Made by a program: the position numbers and the translations under genes
In this document: positions 26,829-40,529 of the stretch, one piece after another
Layout of the letters: the number at the start of each line of letters is the position of its first letter
How positions within the stretch are numbered: position 1 is the first letter of the stretch
DNA from: Carcharhinus longimanus
Taxonomy: Eukaryota
Direction of reading: 5' to 3'
DNA: 64,000 nucleotides
Assembly (NCBI GenBank): GCA_030264375.1
Contig: JASCQW010000109.1
Coordinates: 40,597,823-40,661,822 of the forward strand
Notes under the pieces: model-generated
What the model was told of the DNA's origin: nothing
Database searches by the model: none
The model's input: the letters and a program-made list of their open reading frames with translations, nothing else

Positions 26829-26985
26829 GAATTGGTAAATTATCCACTGCTGATGGTAAAGCCTTCGCAGATCCTGAGGTACTCCGAAGACTGACTTCTT
26901 CTGTTAGCTGTGCGTTGGATGAAGCTGCTGCTGCCTTGACCCGAATGAGAGCAGAGAATACTTTAAATGCAGGACAAGCAGACAA
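26829..26985 (+). CDS. ANKHD1: ANKHD1 exon (human exon 3 equivalent), 157 nt
   Basis: aaaag|GA...GACAA|gtatgt; (G)IGKLSTADGKAFADPEVLRRLTSSVSCALDEAAAALTRMRAENTLNAGQAD(N). Confidence 0.93.
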
Positions 26986-27884
26986 GTATGTGTTTCTTTT
27001 TATTTATGCATTTGTGTGGGGGGTGCGGGGGGGAGGTTGAAACTGGAAAGGATGATTTTTCAGCAAAACATTTAGTATACAATGCCTCAACTTTAAAACT
27101 TTATTCTGTGATTTTGGGATTTTCATTTCGAGTGATTGTATTCTCTGATTCTTTCCCTGAATTTATAATAACTGAATCAATTAAATTATGTTCTCACTAG
27201 GCAAGTTGCTTTGACACAATGATTTTACTCTTGTGTCCTTTAGTGAAAATCCCAATTAGTGGTCTTTGTATCTAGTGTCCAATTATATTCTACTTTGTAT
27301 AGTCATTGCATGGCTTAAAAGCACCAGAACAACTAATATGACGATGTTTGACTATTTTAAGTTTATGCATCTCAGCAGACATACATAAAAAGTACTTATG
27401 TTTGTTCATATTAACCCTTAGACTGGTCACATTAAAAAAAACATCTTAACTGGCTAAGGTTTTGTTAGGGCACAGTGGTTGCTAATTTTAGTCAGTTATA
27501 GTCAAAATACTAAACTGATTTCAAAACCAGGATTGTTTTCTGTCTTGGATGTTAATGGTTGAATACACGGAACAAGTATAGAATGCCAACAGTGTGAGCC
27601 CAGAGCATAGACAATATATTGAATAGATATGTGATTTAGAAGGACTTGTAAAGTTAAAAATGTTGGGAAGGGATTTTAGGGTGGAAGGTGAATCTAATCT
27701 TGTACCTGATTGTTGGAGAGAAAATGCTCATTTTATATTAAAAAACAGAAGTATAGGTGCTTGGGTATATCCTTTAATAGTGAAGGCACAGAAAATTAGA
27801 TGTACGCCTTAGATTTTGTGGGTTGAGTCAGAAAGCCACTTAACTGCTTTTCCTGATTCTCAGAAACTGGAAAGGATGAGCTCA

Positions 27885-28095
27885 GAAAAATGAGAGGGAT
27901 TTCATTGAAAAAGATAAAATTCTGACAGGGCTGAACAAATTGAATGCAGAGGTAATATTTCCTCTGGCTTGGGGTATCTGGAACAAAGGTTTGTCTACTC
28001 AGGATATGGGGGATGCCATTTAGGATTTCAGTGAGGAGAAATTTCTTCATGGTGGTAAACCTGTAGAATTCACTACAGCTTTGTAGACACGAATA
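27885..28095 (+). mobile_element. CR1-clade LINE 3' fragment
   Basis: gagagggatttcattgaaa...aaaattctgacagggctg...gaggagaaatttcttca...ggtggtaaacctgtagaattcactac. Confidence 0.7.
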
Positions 28096-28104
28096 TTTGA
28101 GATA

Positions 28105-28598
28105 TAGAATCATAGAAGTGCAGAAGGCGGCTGTTTGGCCCGTTGAATCTGCATTGACTCTGAATNNNNNNNNNNNNNNNNNNNNNNNNNNNNNNNNNNN
28201 NNNNNNNNNNNNNNNNNNNNNNNNNNNNNNNNNNNNNNNNNNNNNNNNNNNNNNNNNNNNNNNNNNNNNNNNNNNNNNNNNNNNNNNNNNNNNNNNNNNN
28301 NNNNNNNNNNNNNNNNNNNNNNNNNNNNNNNNNNNNNNNNNNNNNNNNNNNNNNNNNNNNNNNNNNNNNNNNNNNNNNNNNNNNNNNNNNNNNNNNNNNN
28401 NNNNNNNNNNNNNNNNNNNNNNNNNNNNGGATGCTAAGAAGCGATGTAGCAAGGCCAATTCACCTAACCTGCTCAACTTGGAGCTCCCAGGGTAAACCCA
28501 CGCAGACACTAGGAAAATGTGCAAACTCCTCAATCACTCAGGACTAGAATTGAGCCTGGCCTCCTGGTGCTTTGAGGCAGCTGTGCCAACTACTGTCC
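28105..28598 (-). mobile_element. tRNA-derived SINE (HE1-like) spanning a gap
   Basis: Tail atagaatcatagaagtgcagaaggcggc precedes the gap; aaacccacgcagacactaggaaaatgtgcaaactcc and the head follow it. Confidence 0.75.
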
Positions 28599-29797
28599 GG
28601 GGGAGAGTGGGAATATGACATTGAGGTTGAGGATCACAATGGACCTATACCACCACTTTTTTTTATGTTTCTCTTCTGACGACACTAGGCAATGATTTAT
28701 GATTTCAGTGGATAGTCACAGCATAAATTCTGCTCTATTATAGAATACTAAATTAATCACTAAACCAAAAGCTGTACTTTTAAACTGACAGAACTCAAGA
28801 ATAGAGCTCTGACAACACAGGTGAATGCCACTTAATAAAAATTTTATTTACTTGATCACTGCATAACAATTGCCCTGGCAATAGCCTTGATGAATTTCTG
28901 CACTTGTATATGCACTGCATACTCTCTTATGCCAGGCAGTGTTGCTTAGATCCTGATAGTGAAATTCTGTGACTGCACTATTTTTATATTCCAGTGAATC
29001 TAATTAATGTTTCATTGTTTTATTTGTGGGATATTGTGCATAAAGAGATTGTCAAGCTAAACTGTCATGATGAATTAACCCAGGAATCCACAAACGAGGA
29101 AAGCTGAGACATTTGGAATCTAGGAAGTGTTTTTTTCACCTTCCACTGCCAGAGGAAATGAACTTCAATTTATGGCAATCCATCCATCCATCTTGTAAAT
29201 TACTACCTGTTGATGCTCATTGAGAATTAGTGTGCCAGTTCCCTAATCCAGGATTGGGCCCAAGCAGCAGCTGGTCTTCATAGGATTGTTATTACTGTGC
29301 CATTTGTGGAATTTTTATTGTTGCACCATTGGCCTTTAAGATGTGGTGGTTTTAATATAGTTGAGACTGTAACATATTGTGGTTGACAGATCACTATCAT
29401 GATTAATTTTAATGTTGCAATTTTCTTTTATTTACTCCTTGTACATGTGCCATCCTCTGACTGATTTTAATGTTTTCCTTTTTGGCAAATGTTTACATTC
29501 AATATAATTTAAAAGGCTGAGGTTTTAAACTGGTAAATCATACTTTTTATTAACCAGTAGAATAATTAACTACAAGAGCAATTTATGCAGAAAACCCATG
29601 GCATCAGTAGCTATGATTAGTAGTGAATATTTTAAGATCAAATGTCTTGTTTCAGGTTTTTGAGCCACACTCGCCAGATACAGATGTGTTTTTTTACACT
29701 TCAGCTAGAGTTCAAAAATAAAACCTATGGAGTACGTATTTCTATAAAATTTGATGACCTGTAAGAATAAGTTATTTAAATTTGTTTCCTGATTTAG

Positions 29798-29945
29798 CCG
29801 AAGCTTAGCAGAAGCATGCTCAGATGGAGATGTAAATGCGGTCCGAAAACTGCTAGATGAAGGACGAAGTGTAAACGAGCATACAGAAGAGGGTGAAAGT
29901 CTCCTTTGCTTAGCATGCTCTGCCGGCTACTATGAGCTGGCACAA
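29798..29945 (+). CDS. ANKHD1: ANKHD1 exon 4 equivalent, 148 nt, start of ankyrin repeats
   Basis: tttag|C...GCACAA|gtaagt; RSLAEACSDGDVNAVRKLLDEGRSVNEHTEEGESLLCLACSAGYYELAQ. Confidence 0.96.
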
Positions 29946-31972
29946 GTAAGTATTGAGTAACCCAATTGTTTTACAATAAACAAACGTACAAAATTTCTCC
30001 TTCCTGCTACACAGTACTGCATTCAAGCCACGAAGATTTTCATTTATCCCTTTTTCTGTAGCATTTTGGATTGAGTAATATGAAAATGAATTGTTTGGCC
30101 ATGTGGCCACTACATAGCTACATGAGCCTATTGGCAGTATTTCACTTAGATTTGTGTACAGTCTGTATTTCTCTATTGTGGTAACTAATCTTAGTTGACA
30201 TTAAGACAGCACTCTATAATTTTGTCTGTATATATCTGTGTACAGTATATAGTTGCTCAAGTCTTGTAAAGGTTTTTTGATCAGCCCTCAGTAAGTATTA
30301 AGATTTGCTCTTAAACTTTACATGCATGATATTAACATGTGCCAGTTGCTTTTATGAATTCTGGTTGCAACCTGGAAGAAATTCCAGTGATTAGTCGATC
30401 CCGGAAATATAGACAACTTAAATGTGCAAACATATTGGCGATGTATTATTCTCCTTCTTGCCTTAGATGGCAGGATGGGGAGTTGTGGGGTTGACAAAGG
30501 AGGAGACTGAACCATGCTCAGTACAGTGGATTGAATAAACTTTATCAGTATATCTGAACAAGAACTATCAAAATGTACTTCATCATTATATTAAAATCTT
30601 TTTTTGTTGTACGTACAACAGTTTTACTAGAATGGTGTTGATTTTAAGTTTATGGAAACGGGTAGTGAATTTGCATCTGATCTTCCCTGTTTGCCAATTT
30701 TTATTACCATTTCAATTGTAAATCCCTTGGATTAAAACACGCAGAAATGTAAAAGTAAAACTTGTAGTTGTAAGGTTCTGTTGAGAATTGGTGGAATAAA
30801 CAAACAGCAGTCCCAGTGCACATTTGTATAATAAGCCCATGTTAAGCTATTGTGGATACCATATGTTATTAATTCCTCTAAAATTAATTGTGGGCATAAC
30901 AGATTAATTTTGGCAAATCCTCAAAACCAAAACAATGTCTATTGCTGCAAAATTGAACCTTTTTGTTTTTACTGGGTACTGTGATCACTTAACAGACATG
31001 CAATATAATCAGGTGAAAGATTGCTATTGCAATAAATGTTGAAAATAATTCCATGATTTGGGAATGATTGCAGGAGAAAACCGTTTTAATCAAGTAGGTA
31101 CATGGTGACCAAGGAGACAGATACGGATTAAGTGAAGGACTATGATGAAGAGGAAGATAGAGAAATCACTCATTAAAGTGCACACTAAAATCACTGAGGT
31201 TGAGGAGTTCCTTGGTTTGCAGTTAAGTAATGAAGGAAAGAAATGTTAACATGAAGATAGTGAGGTGGAGATGTAGTAAATGAGAATCTAGAAGGAGAGG
31301 TGGTCGAAAATTAGATGTACAAACATGGAAAGATTAACTGAACAGTATGAAGAGGAGCCAAAATAAAAACTAACAATGCTGCAGGACCACTGTGGTTTAG
31401 GTGGGAGGTATGGTGTAGGTATGGTGTAATGTGGTGAAGGAGTGACAGCCGTGAGCAGGAAGGTTAACCTTTTGTGAGCCGAGTTTCATTAGGGCTTGGA
31501 TATCTGTGCACGTGAGAATGAATATATGATTGAGGATGCTGAGAATATACTTTTAGGTGATATAGGGGTATAGACAGCAAGAGGTTGGACTTATTGCAGT
31601 CTGAGGAGCTTTAGAAAGGCTGCAAGAGAAGGAAACCCTTTCCCTAAGCTGATCAACCAGATCATATATGATATTCTGTTCTTGTACATAAGTAGAATTC
31701 CATGACTCCTCCAAAAGTCTGGAAATTGGATGTGCAACATTATAGTGTAAATCCAGAGAGCCATATACGAAATTTAGCATTGGTAACAAGTCTCATGAGA
31801 GAACAAACTCAACTGTGGGAATGGCCTGATCTTTCCCCAGTGACGGGTCAATCAGGAGCCATTGATGATATGCCCCTTGCTTAAGTTCCGAGCTACCAAT
31901 TGAAGCTTTAATTTGTTTTGCTGAATAGAAAATCTACCCTTTTTGAGCTCCTGTTAATTTCACTTTATTCAG

Positions 31973-32120
31973 GTTTTGCTTGCGGTGCATGCTAACGTTG
32001 AAGATCGTGGCATCAAGGGAGATATTACTCCATTGATGGCAGCAGCCAGTGGAGGCTACGTAGACATAGTAAAACTGCTACTGGCCCATGATGCCGATGT
32101 AAATGCTCAGTCTTCAACTG
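31973..32120 (+). CDS. ANKHD1: ANKHD1 exon 5 equivalent, 148 nt
   Basis: ttcag|GTT...ACTG|gtaagt; VLLAVHANVEDRGIKGDITPLMAAASGGYVDIVKLLLAHDADVNAQSST(G). Confidence 0.96.
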
Positions 32121-32214
32121 GTAAGTTGTTTTCAACTGGTACGGTATTTAGTTATCTAATCTTGGTTTCTGTGTTAAGTGAGATGACACTTTATACTTTT
32201 TACTTTCTTTTTAG

Positions 32215-32448
32215 GAAAGACAGCACTAACTTATGCCTGTGCTGGCGGTTTTGTTGACGTTGTAAAAGTACTTCTGAAAGCAGGAGCCAATATTGAGGAT
32301 CACAATGAAAATGGTCATACACCTCTGATGGAAGCAGCAAGTGCTGGCCATGTGGAGGTTGCACGGGTGCTTTTAGAATATGGAGCTGGAATCAATACCC
32401 ATTCGAATGAGTTCAAGGAAAGTGCACTTACACTGGCATGTTACAAAG
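32215..32448 (+). CDS. ANKHD1: ANKHD1 exon 6 equivalent, 234 nt
   Basis: tttag|GA...AAAG|gtatgg; KTALTYACAGGFVDVVKVLLKAGANIEDHNENGHTPLMEAASAGHVEVARVLLEYGAGINTHSNEFKESALTLACYK(G). Confidence 0.96.
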
Positions 32449-33402
32449 GTATGGATTTAACATTTCATAAGCTATGAAACATGTTCTTTGAACGTTGAAA
32501 ACATTGAATTTAGTTTAGATGTTTTCTAAGTGGGTTAAAACTAAAGCAATTAGTCATGTGATGTTTGGTTTTTCTAAGCAGATTTAGTTGAGATATCCTT
32601 AATTATAGCAAGGTAAAGAGAAATCATAACTTGAGAAACTAGTCTGTTCAGGGCAATTGGAATAATGCATAATTTTTATAGCAAAATTTGAAACCAGGAG
32701 TATTAAGAGTTGCAATATAGTTCCACCATAGGACTTTGAAAACTTGTGGTGCTGTTTACCTATATTAATAGTGTTTTTAACACTAGTAATATAAAGGCTT
32801 TCAACATCAGCCCTTCAAAGCATAATACCATTTTCTTTCAGCCACATTGGTATATTGTGCAATCATTATCTTTTCTCCCCTTCTCAAAAAAAAAAGTAAG
32901 CTTTTGAAAACTGAGAGCTTTGAAATATAAGTCTTGTTTGTATGAGGTGCTTCCACAGCAAAATAAATACTTGGACCTCCTCCAAGATTTGCGCCTCTAT
33001 ATTCTGCTATATGACCAATGCTTCCTTTGTTTCCTTTTTCATGTTCCATAAAACCACATAAAGGACCCTTGTTGTCCTCGAGCCTTTTCTGAGTAAAAAT
33101 TCACTTAGATCATGATTAATCTTCTGCTTCAACTCTATCCACTCCATATCTCTTGATTTCCTCAGAGTTCAAAAATTTAATGATCTTAGCCTTGAATATA
33201 CTCAACAACTGAGCAAATTACAAATCTCTGGAAAATTCTAAAGAATTCAAAGAATTGAGCAATGCACCATTTTATAATCAACTTATGCAGAGAGCAAGTG
33301 CATACCTCGTTTTCTGAAAAAAAAACTGATGTTTTAAATACACTTGCAAGTTGACACACATCAGATTTTTCTGTTAATATCCTGAATGACCTGTGTATTT
33401 AG

Positions 33403-33497
33403 GGCATTTGGAAATGGTGCGGTTTCTTCTTGAAGCTGGTGCTGATCAGGAGCACAAAACAGATGAAATGCATACAGCTTTAATGGAAGCATGTATG
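33403..33497 (+). CDS. ANKHD1: ANKHD1 exon 7 equivalent, 95 nt
   Basis: tttag|GG...ATG|gtaagt; HLEMVRFLLEAGADQEHKTDEMHTALMEACM. Confidence 0.96.
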
Positions 33498-34011
33498 GTA
33501 AGTGTTTTTGTGAATCTCATCTTTCCTGTTCCTCCTCAAATTGCTGCACCTTTTGGATCTCAGCTTGTTACATTTTGCCTCATGCAATAAATGCAATGTT
33601 AACTGTTTTGAACACAACATTTAGTACATTTAATCACAAAATGTAGATTGTCAACCACTTGATGTCTGAGACGAACATGCCATTCAAACTCAAGAGTTCA
33701 AAACACAGGGATGAGAAACTATACAATTTTCAAAACTGTTTTTACACAGTAACTTGATTTGTTTTTTGATTGCATGTTCATGAATATTTCTACAGAAATC
33801 TGAAGATTTTTAAGTTAAACAATGAGTTTGGATTGTATGAAAAACCAGTGTGATGATCAGTGTTCACTGTTGTATTAACTTTGAATACAAAATTGAATGT
33901 CAGCAATAAAATAAAGCAAGGCTGGATTTGCATTTGATTTGTTTTCTATTTAAAAACAAAGTACCAGTATTCTAACATATTAAAGTGCTGATAATTGACT
34001 TTATTGAATAG

Positions 34012-34249
34012 GACGGCCATGTTGAAGTAGCTCGGCTCCTTTTAGACAGTGGTGCACAAGTAAATATGCCAGCTGATTCTTTTGAGTCTCCATTAACTCT
34101 TGCTGCTTGTGGTGGTCACGTGGAGTTAGCAGCTTTGCTTATAGAACGAGGAGCAAACTTAGAAGAAGTAAATGATGAAGGATATACACCATTGATGGAA
34201 GCTTCACGAGAAGGTCATGAGGAAATGGTAGCTTTGCTGCTTGCTCAGG
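34012..34249 (+). CDS. ANKHD1: ANKHD1 exon 8 equivalent, 238 nt
   Basis: aatag|GAC...CAGG|gtatgt; DGHVEVARLLLDSGAQVNMPADSFESPLTLAACGGHVELAALLIERGANLEEVNDEGYTPLMEASREGHEEMVALLLAQ(G). Confidence 0.96.
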
Positions 34250-35220
34250 GTATGTAATGTCCCGATATTTAACTTTACACTGAACAAGGATTCATTGATA
34301 TAGCATTGCACTGGAAGAATTGTCTATTTACTGACTATGTTGTGTGAATATAGCTATCTAGAGAAACTTGTATTATTTTGCTCTTAATTTAGCATTATCT
34401 TTTAGTATTTGAGCAGAGTAAATAAGAGCTGAAGAAATTAGGCTTCTATTCAGAGGGTCATTGGTGTACCTGTTCTTCATTAACATCCCATCACCCTTAT
34501 GTTATCAGAAGATAGAAAATTACAATCAGCAATAGCTGTTGTGCTGATGTACAGATAGCCTGACCACAAGATTTTACAGTGCATCTTATGGCTGGCCATG
34601 AGCTGTCTATTGTCTGTTTTATCTTGGATGGTTTCAGACAGATGAAATAAAATTGAAACTATTTTAAATGAGAGAATTTTTTAGCATTTGTCTCAATCAA
34701 GAGTTGCTTAAAAAAAAATCTTCAGACAATTCAAAAAAAATTGTATTTGAACTGACTAGCTTTATCTTTTCTTCCATATCTGATGGTGTTTATTCTGGTT
34801 CCCTTAAGCTGAATCATTTTCTGTCAATGAGGATGGTTTTAACTATTCTAGGCACTAGTAGAAAGTGAGAAACAATGACTTAGCCCCATGCATGGCATGA
34901 CTAAAAAAACTGCTGAATTGAAATAGACAAAAATACTTTTTATTTGTCTAATCTTTTATTCTCCCCATTGAGTTTCCTCTATGTCTCCAGTCACACTTCA
35001 TGCCAGTGATTACACATTGCATTGGAATTCCTTGGACAATGTCAGCAATTTTGGTTGTAGGTCAGCTAGCTTTTATTTAGTATTTGTGTAACATACCAAG
35101 TTCTATAATAAAGTTGCCAAACAAAAGCTATTATCATACAGTAATAAATAATTAAAATTGTAGGGGTCCAGTTGAGGAAACTGTTCATTAATTATAAATT
35201 GCTGCCTGGACTACTTATAG

Positions 35221-35412
35221 GAGCCAATATAAATGCACAGACAGAAGAAACCCAAGAGACGGCCCTGACTCTAGCTTGCTGTGGAGGCTTCTTGGAAGTT
35301 GCAGACTTTTTAATAAAGGCAGGAGCTGACATTGAATTGGGTTGTTCAACACCATTGATGGAGGCTGCTCAAGAAGGTCATCTTGAATTGGTCAAATATT
35401 TACTTGCAGCAG
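35221..35412 (+). CDS. ANKHD1: ANKHD1 exon 9 equivalent, 192 nt
   Basis: tatag|GA...GCAG|gtgtgt; ANINAQTEETQETALTLACCGGFLEVADFLIKAGADIELGCSTPLMEAAQEGHLELVKYLLAA(G). Confidence 0.96.
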
Positions 35413-36471
35413 GTGTGTTCCTGATTTTTATAGTGATTATTTACCCAGTGTCTAATATCCCAAATAAGGTTTTACTATTTTACTTTAGAATCCAGAAGAA
35501 TTGTGTAGCTTAGAAGTGTAAAAGTACTGTCACAAGTTAGTGCAGTATACAACTTTATATATCATGAGCAATATAGTATGCACCCTTGTCTCTCCACATA
35601 ATCTAGTTGCACAATACAACCAGCTGTTATAGAGTAATGTAATTAATTAAATCAAATTTCAGTTACAAGATAGAAAATTCAATTCTGCATTAATGAGTAG
35701 ATTTGTAATGAGATCCTTTAATAGTGAGTATTTATTAATTAGTACTTTTAGCCTGTTCACCTATGCTGCAAGCAGCCCACAAAATAATAGTACTTGGGTA
35801 AACACTTAACTGGATTACCAATAATTGCAGACAAAATACAAACATGTTTTTTTTAAAATTTTTACTGCTTTGTTGCTTATTTTGGCAATCTTTTTGGATT
35901 TATTTTCCTTACTTCTACAATTTTGATTAGATAAATCTAATGTTTAATCCAAACATGCACACACACTTAATATGGGCACTCATTTTGATCATTGTAATTT
36001 ATGGATTCACAGATGAACAAGAATTCCTTGCAGTAAATTAATTATCTTTTTGTCACTTCGGAAGGAGTTCAGTCACAATCACGATGTATTTAACATGGGA
36101 AAGAATTTGTATTAATTATTACTGGTGCTAACCAACTCTGAAAATTCTATTAGAGGGGTAATGGATGGAGGACCATCAATTTCTAGCATAAAACATTGTG
36201 TAGTTTTTGAAGGCCTATCAGATGTCAAATCTAATTTGTGGAACCAAACACTTTAAGCCTTGCATCTGAAACAGAAATTGCACCTGCATTTACAAATGTT
36301 TCACTTTAATTACTGCTTAAATTATTTTGTGCGTTACAGTAATTATTCATTTAAAAACATGTTGCATTTCTAAATGAAGTGATAAAGTATTTACAGGATA
36401 GTCTTACCAGACGTTTTAAACATCCAAAATGTTTTTAGTATCACATGTTATATTTGAATTGTCTTTATTAG

Positions 36472-36581
36472 GAGCAAATGTGCATGCCACTACAGCTACA
36501 GGAGATACAGCCTTAACATATGCCTGTGAAAATGGGCATACTGATGTTGCTGATGTTCTCTTACAAGCAGGAGCTGATTTG
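36472..36581 (+). CDS. ANKHD1: ANKHD1 exon 10 equivalent, 110 nt
   Basis: attag|GA...TTG|gtaaga; ANVHATTATGDTALTYACENGHTDVADVLLQAGADL. Confidence 0.96.
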
Positions 36582-36861
36582 GTAAGAATTGCTATATTCT
36601 GTGACAATGTTGTAGGGTTTGGCCAATGGGGAGATGTGAATATGATCATTTAGTTGACTACAATTGGCAAATCTCTGCAAATATTATAAATAACTTTCAA
36701 ATAAAATATTTTTATTGCAAGGTTAAATTACAAATGTAGTAGGATCTGTATAGTTATGTTTAATGGAATTTTGAAGTTTGCTTATTGGAATTAGCATTCT
36801 ACAATTAGCATTCTAGTTTTTGAACACTTCTGAGGTTCCAAAGCTGTCATCCTTTTTTTAG

Positions 36862-36949
36862 GAACATGAATCTGAAGGTGGGAGGACGCCTTTAATGAAA
36901 GCTGCGAGAGCTGGCCATTTGTGCACAGTACAGTTCCTCATCAGTAAAG
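36862..36949 (+). CDS. ANKHD1: ANKHD1 exon 11 equivalent, 88 nt
   Basis: tttag|GAA...AAAG|gtgagc; EHESEGGRTPLMKAARAGHLCTVQFLISK(G). Confidence 0.96.
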
Positions 36950-37525
36950 GTGAGCCTTTGTGTTCATCCCACAGGATGTTCCAAACTTTCCCCAATATAA
37001 AATTTTGAGTTTAAAATTGTGATCTTTGATGGGCAGTTTTTCTCTTAACCATACTTTGATCAATCGCTGGTGGATTTGGTGGATGAAGTGTGGAGTGTGT
37101 GGAGGACGAGTGCGCATGGGCACGAATTTTATTAATCTGGAGGAGTAGTTACAGGGCAGCTGCATTCAAGCATTGTGAAATACCCTGTTGCTATTAATTG
37201 TTTTGAATAATTTCATTGTCTTGTCTTTTTGGCTGGCCTAACCCTCAGTAGCTGACAAGTCTGCAAAGTCTGAAACATGGGTCCTAAGTCCCTTGTAGCC
37301 AGTGACTGGTGTGACTGTCCCGTTTGATTTTCCCCCCTTGATGCCCTCCTCTTCCTACCCCACTCCATGACCCTACTAAATCTGGTGGATGTGAGACATT
37401 TCAATTTCTGATGATGCATGTAAGCAGAGATCATAATGAGGAGTAGGTCTTGTGATTATGTCTATTCAAATGCTCTGTCTCCTGTCCCATAAAACAATTG
37501 GTGGCGATAATGAACAGCAGAAGAG

Positions 37526-37863
37526 TCCATAGCATCCCTACAATGCAGTAGGAGACCATTCAGCTCAGCGATCTGCATTGATTCTCTGAAAGAGCACTCT
37601 GCCTAGGTCCATTCCCCTCCCCTATCCCCATAACCCATGCGTTGTTCATGGTCAGACCATCTAATCTACACATCTTTGGACACTAAGGGGCAATTTAACA
37701 TGACCAATCTGCCTAACCTGCACATCTTTGGACTGTGGGAGAAAGCTGAAACACCTGGAGAAAACCCATGCAGATGGGGAGAATGTGAAAACTCCACATA
37801 GTCATCCAAAGCTGGAATTGAACCTTGGTTGTTGATGCTTCAAGGTAACAGTCCTAACCACTG
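37526..37863 (-). mobile_element. tRNA-derived SINE (HE1-like, CR1/HER1-type tail)
   Basis: taacctgcacatctttggactgtgggagaaa...aacccatgcagatggggagaatgtgaaaactccaca...ggaattgaacc. Confidence 0.85.
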
Positions 37864-39404
37864 AAGATGAGAGTCCAACGATGGAGTTAGTCTGGCTGGA
37901 AGTTGGAGGTGGTGGTTAAAAAGCTGGAATGACATTGAAGGGACACCACTTCTTGGTGGCAAGACAGTGGTTGCTGAAGGAAGAAAACTGCAGACAGTAA
38001 GGGGAGCTGAACAGAGTATCCTGTGGCATAGGGGTTGGTGTCAGAGGCAGCATGGGAGGGTAGTTGGTGATGGGAGGATATAAAGTGGAGGAAGAAAAAC
38101 AAAGGGAGCATAACAAAGTTAATTTGACAGGAGGAATGGGGACCAGGGTGGGCAGCATGGAACATGGGTGAACAGAAAAGAAAGACATGGAAAGTAATAG
38201 AAAGAAGGGTGGTATACCCTTGGAGAATGGATGAGGAGGATATGAGAAAGGTGAAACAAATGAGATGGGTATGGTATGTGAATGTGATTTGAAGATTTAT
38301 TGTTCCAATAAAGATGCTGTTGACATTGCAGATAATTTATGGACCTCTCCTTGTACCATAAAAGAAATAAATAGGCTGAGTGAGATTACTCCCCTACTGG
38401 TGATGAAAAGTACAAGACAGGACATACCATTTTTTTCTGGGTTACCATTTTTGTTTTCCATCACAACTGAGGCACCAGGACAAACATGTTTTTGCAATAA
38501 AATTACTGGGATGTTAGAAATAGGCTATGTGTGCAATAACCCTATTGGCATGACTTAAAACCCATGTTCTGAGCAACAAGCTGATCTATTTGGGCATGTA
38601 TTGTTGTTGCAGCACAGCATTCTAACAAAATACTGGTAATCTGGGTCAGGAGAATTAAAGTTTTTGGATGAATTTTAAATCCAGTATACACTTGTAAAGG
38701 GTGCTTTGGAGCTGGAGGCGGCAAAGTGCTGCAGGAGAGACGCTCAGTGGAAATATGTGTTTTCTTTTTGGAGTCAATTTGATTATGAAACATGGGTGAC
38801 TTCTATCTGAACAACTTTGAATTCTTGAAGACATATTATCAATGGACATATTCTGCTCATCCCCAAAACAATGCAGGTTATTTAAAATATACAGCTGCCT
38901 GATGAAGATTGCAAAGCAAATGCCTCCCATTCCCAGTGAAAAGTAACCAGAAATGACTGTGCCTAGAGGTTTTATATATCTGTGACGGATAAGATGTAGT
39001 ATTATTGTCCCAGAAATTGTGTTATAATTCTCAGTTGACTTTGCTTTCCAAGAGGTATGGGATCTTGAAGTGTTACAGCTGGTGAAATCACAAGCAAATT
39101 ATCCTATATGTAGGAAAACCTGTAGTCCAACTCTTTTGTAACCTTATTCAGTGCTGTCTCAGATCCTTTTGATTTCTTGCCCATTTTCCTGTCCCTTGAA
39201 TGTCAAAAATATTGAGTAGATTTTTGCAATGCATTTTTTAAAAAAAGCTGATTTTTATCAATGAAAAGTTCAGGAAATGCTGTGAGAATTGCAGCTGAAA
39301 CAGAGTGATCATGGAATATTATATGTTCCTGATCACTGGATTTGACAAGAATAATCCATTTCGTTGACATCCTTGAAGCAGCTGTTGTAAAGATCACAAG
39401 ATCC

Positions 39405-40520
39405 TCAATAGGAATAGGCCATTCAGCCTACTGGAACTGACCTGCTATTTAATAAGATCATGGATGATCTGCTATGTGGCCTTAACCACACTTTCCTGCT
39501 TGCCCCATAACCCTTGACTCTGCTAATCAAAAATCAGTCTAAAACAGTCTTGAATATGTTCAATTCCCCATCCTCTGCTGCACTATGGGAAGAAATAACA
39601 ATTGTGAAAGAAAAGCTTTCACCATATCTATCTTAAATGGAAGATACTTTGAATGTTTCAATAAGATAATCTCTTGTTCTTAATTGAGTGTAGGTCCATC
39701 CTGCTCAATTTTCCCTCGACAACCATTTTGTATCAGGAATCAGCTTAATGAACATTCTTTAAACTGTTTCTCATGCAAGTATATCCCTTAAGTAAGACAA
39801 CCAAAGCTATACTCTGGTCTCACTAATATCTTGTACAGTTGTAGGAGGACTTCCCCATGTTTTATTCTCCATTCCCTAGCTATAAAGGCCAACATTCCAT
39901 TTACCTTCCTAATTGTACTACCTGTATGGTAACTTTGTGATTCATGTAGAAGGCCATCCGGATCCCTTTTATAGTGCAGCATTGTATAATTTGTCTCCAT
40001 TTAAATAATTTGCTGCTTATCTATTCTTCCTTCAAAGTGGTTAATCTGTTCCTACATTTTACTCCATCTGTTAAATCTTTGCCCATTTACTTAACCTATC
40101 CATAGCTCTTTGCAATCTCCTCCTCCTCACAACTTGCTCTCCTACCTATCTTTGGATTGTCAGGAAATTCAGCTACAACAGTCAGTTCCTTCATCAAGTT
40201 CATTAACATGGATCATAAATAGTTGAGGCTCCAGCACTGATCTGTGTGACACTCTTCGAGATACAGTATGCCAAGTTGAAAGTGAAGCATTTCTGAAATG
40301 ATCTGCCATCTACACTTACGTATCACCCCCAACAGCATGTATCCTATCTAGTGTGGTATCCTTTTAAGTAACACTTGATCAAATGCATTTTGGAAATCCA
40401 AATATTCTATTTCTACTGAGTTTCCTTTTATCCATCCTACTTTTTGCATCCTCAAAAATCCTGTAAACAAATTTTTCAAGTACTATTTCCCTTTAACAAA
40501 GCCATAGTGAATTTTCCTAA
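39405..40520 (-). mobile_element. CR1-clade LINE fragment
   Basis: ORF 39788..40000 IRKVNGMLAFIAR...EVLLQLYKILVRP. Confidence 0.8.
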
Positions 40521-40529
40521 TTGTATTAT

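Noticed and set aside
26808-26880. C/D box snoRNA (GTGATGA at about 26809, CTGA downstream)
   Set aside because: The D boxes fall inside a coding exon and I see no terminal stem.
36582-36861. Equivalent of the human short-isoform alternative exon after exon 10
   Set aside because: The 280-nt intron shows no similarity to the peptide I recall (DKQEDMKTILEG...).
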